A DNA stretch of 64,000 nt. It comes from a virus. Made by a program: the position numbers and the translations under genes. The stretch is taken from the IMG/VR virus record IMGVR_UViG_3300023296_000994. One strand, written 5' to 3'. The first letter of the stretch is position 1; each line of letters starts with the position of its first letter. The notes beneath the pieces are model-generated. The model was not told the origin of the DNA and made no database searches. It was given only the letters and a program-made list of their open reading frames with translations. This document shows positions 28,386 through 37,604 of the stretch, piece after piece.

Positions 28386-30407
28386 TTATAATAGCCACTT
28401 CAAGCTTTCTTCGTTTCCGTTCACATTCATATTCAATGAATTATGAGCATTTGCATTGTTGCCGGTGTAAACGCCCGATGGGCCACCTACTTTCTGAAAT
28501 AATCTAAGTGAATTTTTATTGAGTTCTATGCCGTCATTACGAAGTTTAAGTGCATAGTCTCTGATATATAATCCTATTGACCATGCCATTGTTAGGTCAT
28601 CATTATACCCACGTTGAGCTTCACATCTTGATCCTTTCCAAATAAACATGTACCATTCATCAACTAATCGTTGAGATTTGATAATACATGATTTTTCTCT
28701 ACTATACATATCAAGTTTTGATATCAAAAGCGGGCGGGTTTTGCCGGACGTTGTAAATCCTGGCGTCATTTGCGCCTTATCTTTTATATCATATCCTTTT
28801 TCCAATTGTACCGCGGCGTCCGTAACTCCTTCGTGTCTGTACGTGTAATATAAATTATTATATTCTCTGTCGATTGCAGGTTGTATCGCTGCCCAACCAA
28901 TATTTGCATTTTCAATAACCAAAAGCGCATTATTGTATTCGGTGGCCACGTTGACCATCATATTACCGAATTCTTTTGTTCCAATTAGCCCCTTATATTC
29001 AGCTACCTGCTCACACGCTTCAACATCTACTACGTGAAACGCAGAATAATCTGATGCGTCACCCCTTGCAACGTCAGCTACCAACATATAATCGCGTGAG
29101 TAATCGGGGTCTTTCCATACCCACAATTCACCGCCAGGACCTCTTTTTTCTTTTGGTTCGGAAACTTGGTTATCTTCATACCACTTTATTAATTCACCAC
29201 GTATAAGTGTGTTACCAGATGAAATAAAATCACAATTATGAGAAACCACACCATCCACATTAAAGATATTACCATTATCTACTTCAACTATATCATATAA
29301 TTCAATGGATTTATGTATCAATTGTATGTTTACTACGGTTACATATTGTGTATCCGGTACATCGGAATCAATTAGAGATCCTACTTCCAATTTATTTGCT
29401 AATATTTCCGCGCCATTATACATAAATGGATGCGTAGTAGAACATTTTAAAACGATATTATTGGATAATGATATAACGTAATGAGAAGCTTTTTCTAATT
29501 TACGGATACCAGTAAATGGCTGATATCCACTTGGCGTTGATATTTCATACTGTAAGTTCTGTTTAAATATCATATTTGTATTATAAAGTTCCGATAATGT
29601 AATATAAAATTCTTCTTTGGTTTTAGAATCACGTACTTTAATTCGGCTTTCGCCCCACAAACAATCGCATTCTTGAGCTGCCGCTCTTTCACCTAATAAT
29701 TCGTCTTGTTCGTCTCTCCAAGATTGGTCTCTATCTGGGTGTACTGACCAATGGAGTCTAAGTGAATTAAACTGGGCTTTGGTTGAACCCTCTTCTGAGA
29801 ACTTCCATTGCTTATGAAACCAATTACCAGTACCGTTTGGTGTTGATAATGCAATACACCTACCACCAGTAGCCAATGTTTGTTGCGCTGCAATCCAAAT
29901 ATCATCGATATAATCAATGAACGCTGCTTCATCAAAAATAAGAAGCGAAAGCGCTTCCGATCTTCCTGATTGCGGAGTCGATGAAATGGCTTTTATTTGA
30001 GACCCGTTTTTGAATCTAAGCGACAATTTATTATCTGTATCCGTTTGTTCTTTTAACCAAGATGGTAAATAGTCATACATGACACGAACTTTAGTAACCA
30101 TGTTTTTTGCTACATCCCTTGATGTAGCAATTACAAGTACGTTAAAGTCTTCTTTGAATGTCATTTGGTGTAATGCGTATCCAGCAACAAGCGTAGATAT
30201 ACCAAGCTGCCTAGACTTTAATATAATTTCATATCTATGAGATTGAATATCATCTAATGCTTTTTCTTGAAATGGATAAAGATTAAACAGCATTTTGCCC
30301 TGTGTTGGGTGCTGAATATGACAATACTTACGCATAAAGTATATTGGATCAGCTGCACACTTTTTGTACTCCGATGCTATAAGCTGTTTTAAATTAGGAT
30401 TGCTCAT
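28386..30407 (-). CDS. gp17: Terminase large subunit containing a mini-intein
   Basis: LYPFQ, KSRQLGIST, LLIFDEAAF, STPNG, ADVARG..SDYSA, IENAN, NDDLTMA. Confidence 0.95.
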   Translation of the reverse strand: MSNPNLKQLIASEYKKCAADPIYFMRKYCHIQHPTQGKMLFNLYPFQEKALDDIQSHRYEIILKSRQLGISTLVAGYALHQMTFKEDFNVLVIATSRDVAKNMVTKVRVMYDYLPSWLKEQTDTDNKLSLRFKNGSQIKAISSTPQSGRSEALSLLIFDEAAFIDYIDDIWIAAQQTLATGGRCIALSTPNGTGNWFHKQWKFSEEGSTKAQFNSLRLHWSVHPDRDQSWRDEQDELLGERAAAQECDCLWGESRIKVRDSKTKEEFYITLSELYNTNMIFKQNLQYEISTPSGYQPFTGIRKLEKASHYVISLSNNIVLKCSTTHPFMYNGAEILANKLEVGSLIDSDVPDTQYVTVVNIQLIHKSIELYDIVEVDNGNIFNVDGVVSHNCDFISSGNTLIRGELIKWYEDNQVSEPKEKRGPGGELWVWKDPDYSRDYMLVADVARGDASDYSAFHVVDVEACEQVAEYKGLIGTKEFGNMMVNVATEYNNALLVIENANIGWAAIQPAIDREYNNLYYTYRHEGVTDAAVQLEKGYDIKDKAQMTPGFTTSGKTRPLLISKLDMYSREKSCIIKSQRLVDEWYMFIWKGSRCEAQRGYNDDLTMAWSIGLYIRDYALKLRNDGIELNKNSLRLFQKVGGPSGVYTGNNANAHNSLNMNVNGNEESLKWLL
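29235..29663 (-). mobile_element. 143-aa cis mini-intein in the terminase (no endonuclease domain)
   Basis: QECD|CLWGESRIKV...CSTTHPF...LYDIVEV...FNVDGVVSHN|CDFISSG; removal restores QECDCDF. Confidence 0.92.
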
Positions 30408-30415
30408 ATTTCTAT

Positions 30416-30928
30416 TTATTCAGCTGCTTCAGCTGCTCTGGCTGCTCTACGTCTACGTCTACGTGTTGGCTTTTTATTAAAATCTTCGTCTGTTAGTTCC
30501 ATTTCCATATCTATTTTATCATACACAGACACGTTATTATTCACAGCGTGTGATTTTTCATAGGTTCTACCTGCAAAATATGCACCGTAGACTGTTAACA
30601 ATAACGTTTGATATATTGGCTTATAAGCATCATCCAACGTAAATTGACCTACATTGCCGTCAAAAAACGTAATGAATACAAATACAACCGTTAAGAAAAT
30701 CAATGCAACGGGCCGTATGTTTTTTGATAGTTTGTTATCGGATGTCATATCGGCTTCCCAACGAGCAGTTACGTTGTTGGCAGCTTGTGCCTCCGCATTC
30801 AATACCATCTTCTTAAATTCTGATTTGACTTGTAGTTTTTCTTCTTTAGTAGTAACTACATCGTCTATAATACCACCAACCTTTTCAATTAATTCTGAAC
30901 CAGCTGAGGTTAAAAGTCCTCCTAACAT
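30416..30928 (-). CDS. Putative holin (3TM/GTA holin-like)
   Basis: IIDDVVTTKEEK, RWEADM.SD..LSKNIRP, hydrophobic helices, AYFAGRTYEK; basic C terminus. Confidence 0.7.
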   Translation of the reverse strand: MLGGLLTSAGSELIEKVGGIIDDVVTTKEEKLQVKSEFKKMVLNAEAQAANNVTARWEADMTSDNKLSKNIRPVALIFLTVVFVFITFFDGNVGQFTLDDAYKPIYQTLLLTVYGAYFAGRTYEKSHAVNNNVSVYDKIDMEMELTDEDFNKKPTRRRRRRAARAAEAAE

Positions 30929-31025
30929 ATCATATCTCCTATTTATTATTGTTTCGTTTGAATGAATAATTCAATGATTACACTTATTATAACCATTACA
31001 AATATCCATCCAAGTGCATTCATTA

Positions 31026-31382
31026 TTAAAACAAATCGTTTGCTATTTTAATAATCATACCTACTATAGCTGCATAAGCTACCCATAGTGCTTTTTGAAC
31101 ACTACCTTTCCATTCCGTTACATGGCCCATTTTACTTGTCAGTGTATCAACGGCTTTAAGCTTTTGTACGGTCGTTTCTATGTTCGATGTATTTTCATTC
31201 ACCTTTACAATTATACCATCATCAGGATTTAGTAATCGCGTTTCTATCCGCTTTACATCAGATGAAAGAGAGGATAACGAGCGTTGAATGGTTGGGAAGT
31301 CATTTGCTTCCCATTCTCCATTTTCTTTTCTATTATTTATATCGTCATATAACGATTGAATCATTTCTTTTTGTGTAGGCAT
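31026..31382 (-). CDS. Hypothetical coiled-coil protein with C-terminal transmembrane helix
   Basis: LLNPDDGIIVKVN; ALWVAYAAIVGMII. Confidence 0.7.
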   Translation of the reverse strand: MPTQKEMIQSLYDDINNRKENGEWEANDFPTIQRSLSSLSSDVKRIETRLLNPDDGIIVKVNENTSNIETTVQKLKAVDTLTSKMGHVTEWKGSVQKALWVAYAAIVGMIIKIANDLF

Positions 31383-31933
31383 TATTCAGTTTCCATGTTT
31401 TTTAGTTTATCTTCAAAGTCCGTTAAATTTGACTGCTTGTTGGCCCATTTTTCAACGTGCCCTGCTTCGGAAATATATGACTTTGCTGACGTATCCAACC
31501 ATTCGGAATACTCATCTTTAATTTCTGATAACCAAAAATCAAGGTTATCTTTTCTAGTTTGATTTACATATTCATCCCACTTGCCGTCAATCTTAAGTTT
31601 AGTATGAAATTTGGATACACAACTACCACACATCTGTAGTACATTCCAATAATACTTAGAAATCTGATCATTCATGGAGCCGGTACACTTAGGACATGAT
31701 ACTGGTCTTTGAATAATACTTCTGGCTTTACTTAATTTAGTAACTGTTTTCTTTATACCATTTTTAATAGTCCACTGCTTTCCTGCCTCGTCCCATACAT
31801 CACCTTCAATTCTTGGTGTGTTCTGCCTAATGGCATTATACCCCGTTTGGATTTTAGTTTTGGTTGTATATTTCCCCATAACGATATTTCTCATACGTTC
31901 TGCTTTGTGGGATGGAACTCCTTTAATTGCCAT
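31382..31933 (-). CDS. Hypothetical zinc-binding protein
   Basis: EGDVW.E.GKQWTIKNGIK, CPKC...CGSC. Confidence 0.75.
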   Translation of the reverse strand: MAIKGVPSHKAERMRNIVMGKYTTKTKIQTGYNAIRQNTPRIEGDVWDEAGKQWTIKNGIKKTVTKLSKARSIIQRPVSCPKCTGSMNDQISKYYWNVLQMCGSCVSKFHTKLKIDGKWDEYVNQTRKDNLDFWLSEIKDEYSEWLDTSAKSYISEAGHVEKWANKQSNLTDFEDKLKNMETE

Positions 31934-31937
31934 AATT

Positions 31938-32477
31938 TTAAACTTTTGGTTTACCGAATACGGTTTCTTTTATTTTTTTACCACCGGTTAATATACGAAT
32001 ATATTTTCTTCTATCACCGGTTAGCTTTAGATCTGATTTCGGAAATAATTTTTGTAGAAATGATTCGTCTTCTATATACGAAACACTTGATTTATATAAT
32101 ACATGTTCTAAGGCATCTGAGGCTTCTACCCAATAACCAGGCTTAGTTAATAACTTTTTAAGTTCAACTAATACTTTATCAATTGCCTTACGAGATCCAT
32201 CATGGCCGATACCTTGTATTTTACTTCCTTTCCACGGTTCACCTGATCTATGATTACGGTAAAATATAGTTGCATCTATATCAGGATCATTATCAATGTC
32301 AATTGAATGCCAGTCCGGTTCAGCCAAATCACGCTTGGTGTTAATAAAAGATACCTTTGGAGTTTTACTATAAGCTGTTTGCACAACTGATATTAAATCA
32401 TCCGAATATTTGTCGGAATCCACTTGCATCCATTTGTTCTTTGGAATTTCGTTTAATATGTCTATTAATTTAATCAA
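31938..32477 (-). CDS. Hypothetical protein with capsid-targeting-like leader MIKLIDILNE
   Basis: Ten-residue leader ending in L-N-E. Confidence 0.7.
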   Translation of the reverse strand: MIKLIDILNEIPKNKWMQVDSDKYSDDLISVVQTAYSKTPKVSFINTKRDLAEPDWHSIDIDNDPDIDATIFYRNHRSGEPWKGSKIQGIGHDGSRKAIDKVLVELKKLLTKPGYWVEASDALEHVLYKSSVSYIEDESFLQKLFPKSDLKLTGDRRKYIRILTGGKKIKETVFGKPKV

Positions 32478-33642
32478 AATTCATTAATCCTGCTATTTGA
32501 TTCACGGGGCCGAAGCTGCCGGTTAATTTATAAGTCTTACCATTGGATACAAATACCAATCCTTCGGATGGAATAATAGTATCAAATCCACCAATTGCTT
32601 TGATTCTAGCCAATTGCGTATCTATTCTTTTAAGTTTCTTTAAATCACCACCCTTTCGAACATCTGTAATTGCTTTGGCAACTTGATTGCGTATATTCTG
32701 TACAGCCTTATCTGGATTAACAGCGAGGAAACTCTCTACGTTTTTAAGTACGTCTACGCCGAGTTCAAAAAACAATACTTCAAATGGAAACATATTTTTC
32801 TTTACTTGATCTGAATGTGACCCTTTATCAAATTCAATTGCTTTCGCAAGAACGGCTTCATCAGGTATATTTTGGCGATTTAACCTAAAACTTTTGTCAA
32901 AGAAGGCCCAGCGATTTACCAATCCTACTTTAATATTATTGTCAAGAGCACCAAATTTAGATTCTATGAAAGCTTCCCACCAAGCTTGATGATATTCAGC
33001 GAGGGTTGACGTATCTAACAATTTAAATTTCTTTCTGAGAGTATCTACTTTAGAAATATAATACGAACTCTTTTCGGCGAAGTCTTTATTTTTAAGAAGC
33101 TTCAGTACATTGGGACCAATGATAGCAAAGTTTTTTTGTAAATTCTTATTTACCTGCTTAATCATACCGGCCAACATACGAGCGCCATCCTTTACTTCGC
33201 CATTAGCTTGGCTACCAGAATACTGTAATACATTGTGGAATTGAAGATATGGTGCATCATATGAAATAACATTTTCAGATGGTGGATAAATGATTTCCAT
33301 GTTTACCCAATTACCACCGTTATCAAATATTTTCTGTCGTTGCTTATCATTTATGGATGATATGGCCGAAGATAAATCTTTCATAGCAAGAGTAAAAGCT
33401 TTTTCTATATTACCACGTCCTGCGAATTTTGCAGCAATTGCTTTATAGTCCATACCACCACGTTTTAAGTCACCGGTATTTCTTGCTGCCATTAACTTAC
33501 CATTAGCCCAAGTAATAAATAAATTTTGACCATCAGTATTATGCACTAAAATACCATTAGCATAATAACACTTGCGGCCTTCAACTTGAATATCATATCT
33601 AGTTTGTAGCTTATTTACTTTCGTGATAGATTTTATTTTCAT
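32470..33642 (-). CDS. C-terminal half of a fractured gene: split intein IntC plus ligase-like nucleotidyltransferase C-extein
   Basis: MKIKSITK...YDIQVEG...YYANGILVHN|TDGQNLFITW; the extein has ARN, EII, and EGLVF....TYKLTG. Confidence 0.88.
   Translation of the reverse strand: MKIKSITKVNKLQTRYDIQVEGRKCYYANGILVHNTDGQNLFITWANGKLMAARNTGDLKRGGMDYKAIAAKFAGRGNIEKAFTLAMKDLSSAISSINDKQRQKIFDNGGNWVNMEIIYPPSENVISYDAPYLQFHNVLQYSGSQANGEVKDGARMLAGMIKQVNKNLQKNFAIIGPNVLKLLKNKDFAEKSSYYISKVDTLRKKFKLLDTSTLAEYHQAWWEAFIESKFGALDNNIKVGLVNRWAFFDKSFRLNRQNIPDEAVLAKAIEFDKGSHSDQVKKNMFPFEVLFFELGVDVLKNVESFLAVNPDKAVQNIRNQVAKAITDVRKGGDLKKLKRIDTQLARIKAIGGFDTIIPSEGLVFVSNGKTYKLTGSFGPVNQIAGLMNFD
33538..33642 (-). mobile_element. 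Split intein C-fragment (35 aa), +1 residue Thr
   Basis: Block F (YDIQV) and block G (LVHN) present; typical basic MKIKSI start. Confidence 0.92.
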
Positions 33643-34465
33643 AATTAATCCGTATAAATTTACAATTCAATTCATTCATTATAATATATTGACGTTGAAT
33701 ATTTTTATCTTTTAATTTACCGTTTCTGAAATGATATTTTTCATCATACTCAAAAACTGTATTAGTTTCTTTACTATACCCATCCACAAAATAGCCACAA
33801 ATTTGAAATTCGCCGCCATTTTCAGCGTGTTGTATATCAGTTATTCCGAGTTCTTTAGCTTTGGCTTCAAGAATCGAAATTGAATTTTTGTTATAACAAT
33901 ATTGTTTACATTTATCCAATGTATTACGATATTTTATATTACTTTCTCTCATTTTCAGTTTGGTAACTGTTGAATGTTTATGTCCTAACGTAGAATGGCC
34001 GTTTTCGTCACGCCAAACTCGAAGTTTTTTCTTTATTTTATCAATAATCACAGGAGCCTTTCTAACATTATCAACACCATATTTAGTTAATACTGTTTTG
34101 TTTTTCGTATGGTATGGTATAGTATTTTTACTTAATGGATTTACTGCCCCATACTTTTCTAAATTAGTAGAGTTTATTCGATCTCTATATAATTTCATAT
34201 TATTAGATTCTTTAACCGATCTAGTTGGGATTTCAAATTTACATAGTGCTTTAATAATTGGGTTTACCCCAATTCCGATTTCTTGTGAAATTTGATTAGC
34301 AGCCTTACCAACATTAACATATTCATTATACAGAAATTCTTTAGTTAAGATTCTATTTTTGTATAATTTATATTGATTACAGCTCTTATAATGATTTGAT
34401 ATTTGTTGTTTATTAATCACACCTATTTTTGCAGAACAATATGTACATTTCCAAAGTTTATTCAT
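33611..34465 (-). mobile_element. Free-standing homing endonuclease (Vsr-like/PD-(D/E)xK type) between the split-intein halves
   Basis: N-terminal CxxC..H...C, KYGxxN repeats, NUMOD3-like GHKHSTVTKLKMRES, C-terminal GYFVDGY......FEYDEKYH...RQ...CKFIRI; own promoter motif at 34472-34480. Confidence 0.8.
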
Positions 34466-34504
34466 ATTATATATAAATATCTAATTTCCGAAAAACGGAT
34501 GGTA

Positions 34505-34801
34505 TCAAATAACAGTTAAATCATCTCCAAGTATTAATTCATCTGCTCGAACAAATCCTCTATTCTTTATATATATTTTATGGTTAGGTGTTACTTGTAT
34601 AATACTATCATCATCAAGTACAATTTCAAGCCATTCATCAGAATCACCGTTATTAAATTTATTAGTTACAGGTCTATACTCAATAGAATCTGTATCCGAG
34701 TCATATGATAATACATCATCTGTTATACCACTGTCAACAAAATCAGAAATCTTCATTCGGCCGTTGTTTTTCAACTGTAATATCGCGTCTGGATATATAC
34801 A
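34505..34801 (-). mobile_element. Split intein N-fragment (98 aa)
   Basis: Block A CIYPDAIL and block B IQVTPNHKIY, ending VRADELILGDDLTVI-stop; acidic. Confidence 0.92.
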
Positions 34802-36817
34802 TTTTTCAGTGGGCATTGTATTCATACTTAAATTACCTTGTAATGATGTAGTTATAATATGCTTCATATCACCGAAGGTTAACTCTTTATCATCAAATGG
34901 GTGCGACATGTGTCCGTATGCTCCGCCACAAGTGAGTAATTGCTTGATATTACGAGATCCCATTGGATGATTGGATGATTCTATATCAACAATCAATTCT
35001 CTTAATGATATTGTTGAATTACCCCCTTTACTTTCATTCAACCTACCACACATCATTTCAAAGTTTGTATAATGAGAGATAATTTCAACTGGAATATTTT
35101 TATTAAAGCCATCATGTATTGATAACTTATGGTCTAAATGAAAATCTCTACTCCGCTTTTTAGCATTCGGTATTTCATTGAAATATGTTTGATAGTTTTC
35201 ATTAGATAAACGTCTAACTTTTTCTTGGTAACGTTCAAATGCTGGCTTATCTTCCAATAAAGTCCAATTTCGAGCTTTAGCTATTTTATCTTGTGTCTTA
35301 CTATTACCAAATCCATATTTCTTACCAGTTATCGAACTCTTTTCTCTCAACGATGGTTCTTTCTCATATGATTTCCGAACACCATCCGATACCTTTTTTT
35401 TGTTTTCAGAAGAATGCATCGAATTATTTTCAGACATTTTTTTCTTAGCTTCATCGCTTGCGATTCTGCCAGTAGAACCAATTCTTTGTTTTTTTCGGTA
35501 TTCATCTGTGGTTACACTTTTTTTATGTGTTTCCCTAACAGTGGAATTAGCCATCGGATTTTTATTACCTGTGTTTTTAACGGAGTCTGCTATAAGTGGT
35601 GCATTTGGGTATTTATCTTTATATTCCACCATAGTCATATCATTATGGCTATATTTTAAATGTCTGTATTGAATTTGTTTCATCATACACCCACACACCA
35701 TACACTGTACTTTTCCCTCATCATCATTGGGAAACTCGACAAGGAGCCCCTCAGATACCAAGTCATCGGTCTGAGTGTTTGGCTCCGAATAATCAGTTGA
35801 CATTTCAGCGCCAAGGTAATCCAAAAATTGCATTCCCACTGATGACGCAATATTTTTTATATATTTTGCCCATTCTGCAAATGCTTCTACAGATTCAAAG
35901 TCGTCCTGGTTAATTGTAGTTGTCTTTCCAGCTACACCTGCGGGGAAAAATGATGGTGATCTAGTTATATGTGAAAATCTAGATGATAAGTTATTAAGTG
36001 ACATATCAGAATCTCCGGTTATGTAATTTATTACTTTCATTCCGAGCTTTTCTGCTACATGATTTGTTGCCGATTTATATGAATTGGTTGTACGATACCA
36101 CATCTGCGGGCCATCATCCACATCACCCAATGATGATAAACTTGATAAACTTGCTTCGGTTATACTATCCGAGAAATCACTATTATTTATAAATTTTTCT
36201 AATAATTCATTTACACGTAATCTACTTGATATCATTTTATGGATAGAATGGTCGTGCCATCCCATAATACTTTTAAATGTTTTTTTAGCTTCGGGTGTAT
36301 TCGGGTCTTGAGCCAAAGCTTGGCGAATTGTAGTACCCGACATTTCACCATAACCAGCAACGTTAAGAGATATATGCGGAGCAATTAATGTATACGCGCC
36401 TTTTCTATATCCTACCGATGCTACTCCCTTCCACGGGGAGAAAAACTTACTGCCAAGCCGTTCCTGATCTTTTTTTCCAACTATAAATACAGCAGCAGTT
36501 GTTTCTGGGTCGTATTTACTTAATAGCTCTGTAGCTTGATATGGATTTTTTACTTGTATAATTTTACGAATACCGTGCTTATTAAATATTTTCTTTTTTT
36601 CGTTAAAATTCATCGGCGACTTCGGCAACTGTACTTTGTCGCTGGTTACTACCCATGCTTCATCAAAAAGGGTTTCTACCCACTTGAATGTTTTAACGTG
36701 ATGTTTACCAGCGGGTTGAAATCGGCCTGGGTATATAGCAACTATAGTCTTTATACCATTTGATTTTCTATCCGCTTCAGATAAAATATTATGTGCTATC
36801 CATTCACCGTAATTCAT
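34505..36817 (-). CDS. N-terminal half of a fractured gene: HIGH-type nucleotidyltransferase-like domain, in-frame HNH module, ligase-like N-extein and split intein IntN
   Basis: IYPGRFQPAGKHH...MSGTTIR; CMVC/NUMOD3/HLDH..N......NESK; GGAYGHMSHPFD...TEK|CIYPD. Confidence 0.85.
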   Translation of the reverse strand: MNYGEWIAHNILSEADRKSNGIKTIVAIYPGRFQPAGKHHVKTFKWVETLFDEAWVVTSDKVQLPKSPMNFNEKKKIFNKHGIRKIIQVKNPYQATELLSKYDPETTAAVFIVGKKDQERLGSKFFSPWKGVASVGYRKGAYTLIAPHISLNVAGYGEMSGTTIRQALAQDPNTPEAKKTFKSIMGWHDHSIHKMISSRLRVNELLEKFINNSDFSDSITEASLSSLSSLGDVDDGPQMWYRTTNSYKSATNHVAEKLGMKVINYITGDSDMSLNNLSSRFSHITRSPSFFPAGVAGKTTTINQDDFESVEAFAEWAKYIKNIASSVGMQFLDYLGAEMSTDYSEPNTQTDDLVSEGLLVEFPNDDEGKVQCMVCGCMMKQIQYRHLKYSHNDMTMVEYKDKYPNAPLIADSVKNTGNKNPMANSTVRETHKKSVTTDEYRKKQRIGSTGRIASDEAKKKMSENNSMHSSENKKKVSDGVRKSYEKEPSLREKSSITGKKYGFGNSKTQDKIAKARNWTLLEDKPAFERYQEKVRRLSNENYQTYFNEIPNAKKRSRDFHLDHKLSIHDGFNKNIPVEIISHYTNFEMMCGRLNESKGGNSTISLRELIVDIESSNHPMGSRNIKQLLTCGGAYGHMSHPFDDKELTFGDMKHIITTSLQGNLSMNTMPTEKCIYPDAILQLKNNGRMKISDFVDSGITDDVLSYDSDTDSIEYRPVTNKFNNGDSDEWLEIVLDDDSIIQVTPNHKIYIKNRGFVRADELILGDDLTVI
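34931..35734 (-). mobile_element. In-frame HNH homing endonuclease-like module (about 268 aa)
   Basis: CMVCG...HLKYSH...EYKDKYP zinc module, GRIASDEAKKKMSE NUMOD3-like, FHLDHKLSI...NFEMM....NESKG. Boundaries approximate. Confidence 0.7.
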
Positions 36818-37560
36818 TTTATATTTAGGCTCTTCAATTTTAATTCATTTTCAATCCATTGTCTACCTATATTATTATCAATTGGTTTATTAACAAATTT
36901 AGTAGTCAATGATATCTTTCTTTTATGTATTTTATTAAAATCACCTATTTCGGTGTTATCAACTATGTACATATATTTACCAAATAAAGTTTGGAACTTT
37001 CCAATATTAGCTTGCGTTTTTTTCCAATAAGCGGCGACCAGGTCATCTTTGATTACGCGTTCGCGCTGTCGGTTTCTTTGTAGTGCTGTCTTTAAATCTG
37101 TATTTACAAAAACCATAGCAGTATCATACCCAATTGATTCCAAGCGACTTTGTTCGTTAGCTATTTTATTATAATCCTTACCCGTACCATCCAATACCAT
37201 GCCCAATCTACCAAGTTCATAAATCTTTTTTAATTTAGTGACGGTTTCCTTTGCTTTGATGCGGGGTGATTCAGGTCGTGTTGTATAGTACTGAAATAAT
37301 TTATCTGTCATTTGTCCTAATTTGGTTGGATCAATGTGTACCTTTTTAAGTAATCGTTCGAACTGTATGTCCGAATTTATTACTTTCAATCCGAGGGTAC
37401 TTGTACCAGACATAATCGTATCAACACCGAATATTTTATCAGCAGCAAATGACTTTCCTGATACTGGACCTCCAGCCATAAAAACAGCCTTTAATACACC
37501 TTTGTCATTAACGCCTTCAAATAAGAAGTTATTCAATACATTTATGTCAGTTACAATCAC
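36814..37560 (-). CDS. P-loop kinase (polynucleotide kinase/zeta toxin-like fold)
   Basis: AVFMAGGPVSGKS Walker A, INSD, MVLDGTG, lid ALQRNRQRER; promoter motif at 37588-37596. Confidence 0.85.
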   Translation of the reverse strand: MIVTDINVLNNFLFEGVNDKGVLKAVFMAGGPVSGKSFAADKIFGVDTIMSGTSTLGLKVINSDIQFERLLKKVHIDPTKLGQMTDKLFQYYTTRPESPRIKAKETVTKLKKIYELGRLGMVLDGTGKDYNKIANEQSRLESIGYDTAMVFVNTDLKTALQRNRQRERVIKDDLVAAYWKKTQANIGKFQTLFGKYMYIVDNTEIGDFNKIHKRKISLTTKFVNKPIDNNIGRQWIENELKLKSLNIK

Positions 37561-37604
37561 TTATCAATACTCCCGTTTAACTTTGTATATAAATATCAAA
37601 AAAA

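Noticed and set aside
30945-31023. Tiny frameshifted membrane peptide (MNALGWIFVM + LIISVIIELFIQTKQ) upstream of the holin
   Set aside because: Too short to support and needs a frameshift; could be chance or an error.
34931-35734. Intein or group I intron around the in-frame HNH module
   Set aside because: No Cys/Ser start with His-Asn end and no recognisable non-coding intron core; an intron cannot be fully excluded without covariance-model search.
36814-37560. Zeta toxin of a toxin-antitoxin pair
   Set aside because: The fold is shared with many P-loop kinases, there is no antitoxin-like neighbour, and the context favours a nucleotide/RNA-processing role.
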